A stretch of 64,000 bases of DNA from Clostridia bacterium (GTDB taxonomy: Bacteria > Bacillota > Clostridia > Oscillospirales > CAG-272): contig JAFQEC010000019.1 in the NCBI GenBank assembly GCA_017415805.1, forward strand, positions 4,814-68,813, in the 5' to 3' direction. Under the pieces are notes generated by a model. It was not told the DNA's origin, ran no database searches, and saw nothing but the letters and a program-made list of their open reading frames with translations. The position numbers were made by a program, and so were the translations under genes. Position 1 is the stretch's first letter, and each line of letters starts with the position of its first letter. This document shows positions 62,447 through 64,000 of this stretch, piece after piece.

Positions 62447-63502
62447 TCACTGCGGCAGTGCGATCAGATCCAGATCCCATACGGGAAGACTGCGCGCGCG
62501 CGTGAGGTACAGGTCATGCGCAGGAGCCAAGCGCGCAAGCAGGGTGGGGAGCACGAACAGATCCTGCGCACGGTGGTAACAGGCCACGCGCAGGCGCGGC
62601 GCGTGCGTGCGAAGGGTCGCGGCAGAGCCGAGCAGAGCCTCCTTTTCCGCCCCCTCTACGTCGTATTTGATATAGTCCACCGCACGGCTGTTTAATAGCG
62701 CATCGGGCGTGCTGATACGTACGGTCGTGGCGGCGCGCCTCGTGCAAAGTCCTGCGTTGCGGTTACCCGAGGCGTCAAAGGGAAGCTCGCCCTCACGGTC
62801 AAAGACCGCAACGTTGTGACATTCCGCCACACGACAGGGGAGCGTGTCTGCCCATTGCTCCAGCTTTTTAAAGCTGCGGCGGTCGGGCTCGGCGGCAAGA
62901 TAAAACGCGGGCGTGCGTGTGCCAAACAGCTCGCGTGCGCTGTCGCCCGTATACGCGCCGAGATCGGCCATGCTGCGGATTTCATCTGCACCCAGCAGTG
63001 CAAGCGGATCGCGGCCGTCGGTGGCGGATAGCAGATCGAACAGTCGCCCATGCAGCTTGCAGTCGATCACCCGATCGAACAGCTGACGCGAGCATTCGTC
63101 GGCAAGGAGTGCGCGTGCCTGCGCGAGATCGGCGCGGTGCGTATCGTAAAAATCGGCGTCAAACAGCACCTCGCCGCACACGGGAACATCAGGCACGAGC
63201 ACCTCATAGCGCGCCGATACACGCTCGATCAGCTCGATCACCTCGGGGCGAGCCGAGCCAAATGCCAGCAGGATCAAGCACTCCTCGGGGGCATAGCGCG
63301 TGCAGATCTCCGAATAGCGCTGCACACGCATGCCGTGGAAGCTCTGACCGCGCACAAAGCCGTCGCTGGCGAACACCCCTGCTACGCGCACGCCACGGGT
63401 CTCCAGCACGGCAAGGATCTTGTCCGCGCCGTTTCCCATACCGTAGAGCAGGATGTCGCGCCCCTCGGCGGCCAGACGCTCCCAGAGATCGCGGTGCTCC
63501 AT
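62447..63502 (-). CDS. FkbM-family methyltransferase with N-terminal Rossmann-like domain
   Basis: DLGAYTGDSA SAM motif and VDYIKYDVEGAEKEAL FkbM motif; ATG shares one base with the HIT stop (TGATG). Confidence 0.7.
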   Translation of the reverse strand: MEHRDLWERLAAEGRDILLYGMGNGADKILAVLETRGVRVAGVFASDGFVRGQSFHGMRVQRYSEICTRYAPEECLILLAFGSARPEVIELIERVSARYEVLVPDVPVCGEVLFDADFYDTHRADLAQARALLADECSRQLFDRVIDCKLHGRLFDLLSATDGRDPLALLGADEIRSMADLGAYTGDSARELFGTRTPAFYLAAEPDRRSFKKLEQWADTLPCRVAECHNVAVFDREGELPFDASGNRNAGLCTRRAATTVRISTPDALLNSRAVDYIKYDVEGAEKEALLGSAATLRTHAPRLRVACYHRAQDLFVLPTLLARLAPAHDLYLTRARSLPVWDLDLIALPQ

Positions 63503-63840
63503 CAGGCCATTTGCTCCGTGAGCTTGCGGCCGCCCAGCAGGTGGAAATGCAGGTGCTTTACGGTCTGGCATGCGTCCTCGCCGCAGTTGGTGAGCACGCG
63601 GTAGCCGTTCGTGAGCCCCTCGGCCTTGGCGATCTTGGGAATGGCGGCAAAGATCTTGGCCACCACGTCGCTGTTCTCATCCGTAATGGCATCGGCACAG
63701 CAGATGTGCGTGCGCGGAATGATGAGCACGTGCACGGGGGCTTGGGGATTGATGTCACGGAAGGCAAAGATCGACTCGTCCTGATATACACAGGTCGAGG
63801 GGATCTCCCCTGCGGCGATTTTGCAGAAAATGCAGTCCAT
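63502..63840 (-). CDS. HIT-family (histidine triad) nucleotide hydrolase
   Basis: CIFCKI N-terminus and HLHFHLLGG triad; AAAGGAG SD. Confidence 0.9.
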   Translation of the reverse strand: MDCIFCKIAAGEIPSTCVYQDESIFAFRDINPQAPVHVLIIPRTHICCADAITDENSDVVAKIFAAIPKIAKAEGLTNGYRVLTNCGEDACQTVKHLHFHLLGGRKLTEQMA

Positions 63841-64000
63841 ATTGAAAGCTCCTTTTGAATATAAAATTTATCGCAAACAGGGGCTGGGTCATTTCGGTGC
63901 AGAAGGCGTGATCTCGGCACGTTAGGCTATGATACGTCGAGTGCCGAGAGCGCGTCTAAAAAACACACATAAAAATCGGAATTCTGCAAGAATTCCTACC

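Noticed and set aside
63912-63949. 9-bp inverted repeat TCTCGGCAC / GTGCCGAGA upstream of the HIT gene
   Set aside because: It has a 20-nt loop and no U tract on either strand. It is too close to the window end to interpret.

Overview
This is a high-G+C Firmicute chromosome segment of Clostridia type (spo0A, ytfJ and a dacB-like sporulation carboxypeptidase are present). It is almost entirely core housekeeping genes in tightly coupled operons. These include two ABC importers (one behind a tyrosine-specifier T-box), glmM, galE, proC, rpmB, mtaB, lnt, rpsF-ssb-rpsR, ylxM-ffh-rpsP, spo0A, scpAB, lysA and lon-engB. Also present are infC-rpmI-rplT (AUU start, L20-leader-like attenuator), dprA-topA-trmFO, plsX-rnc-smc-ftsY, rdgB-yhbY-nadD-yqeK-rsfS-leuS, rpsU and nagBA. 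I saw no rRNA, tRNA, CRISPR array, transposase or integrase. I did not find a convincing multi-gene defence or novel enzymatic system. The best unexplained leads are: (1) an orphan consensus promoter plus strong terminator in the lon-infC spacer, predicting a ~165-nt small RNA flanked by CGTCGAA (0A-box-like) motifs; (2) an AT-richer three-gene island next to spo0A (BspA-type LRR lipoprotein with 66-bp tandem repeats, a zinc-ribbon protein, a divergent XRE regulator); (3) a degenerate PurL/AIR-synthase-like protein translationally coupled to mtaB; (4) a GC-rich structured element of about 180 nt after leuS; (5) a full-length Lnt homologue in a Firmicute. All calls come from reading the translated ORFs and the DNA by eye. 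No database search or folding program was run, so family names are recognition-based and the start codons and RNA structures are predictions.
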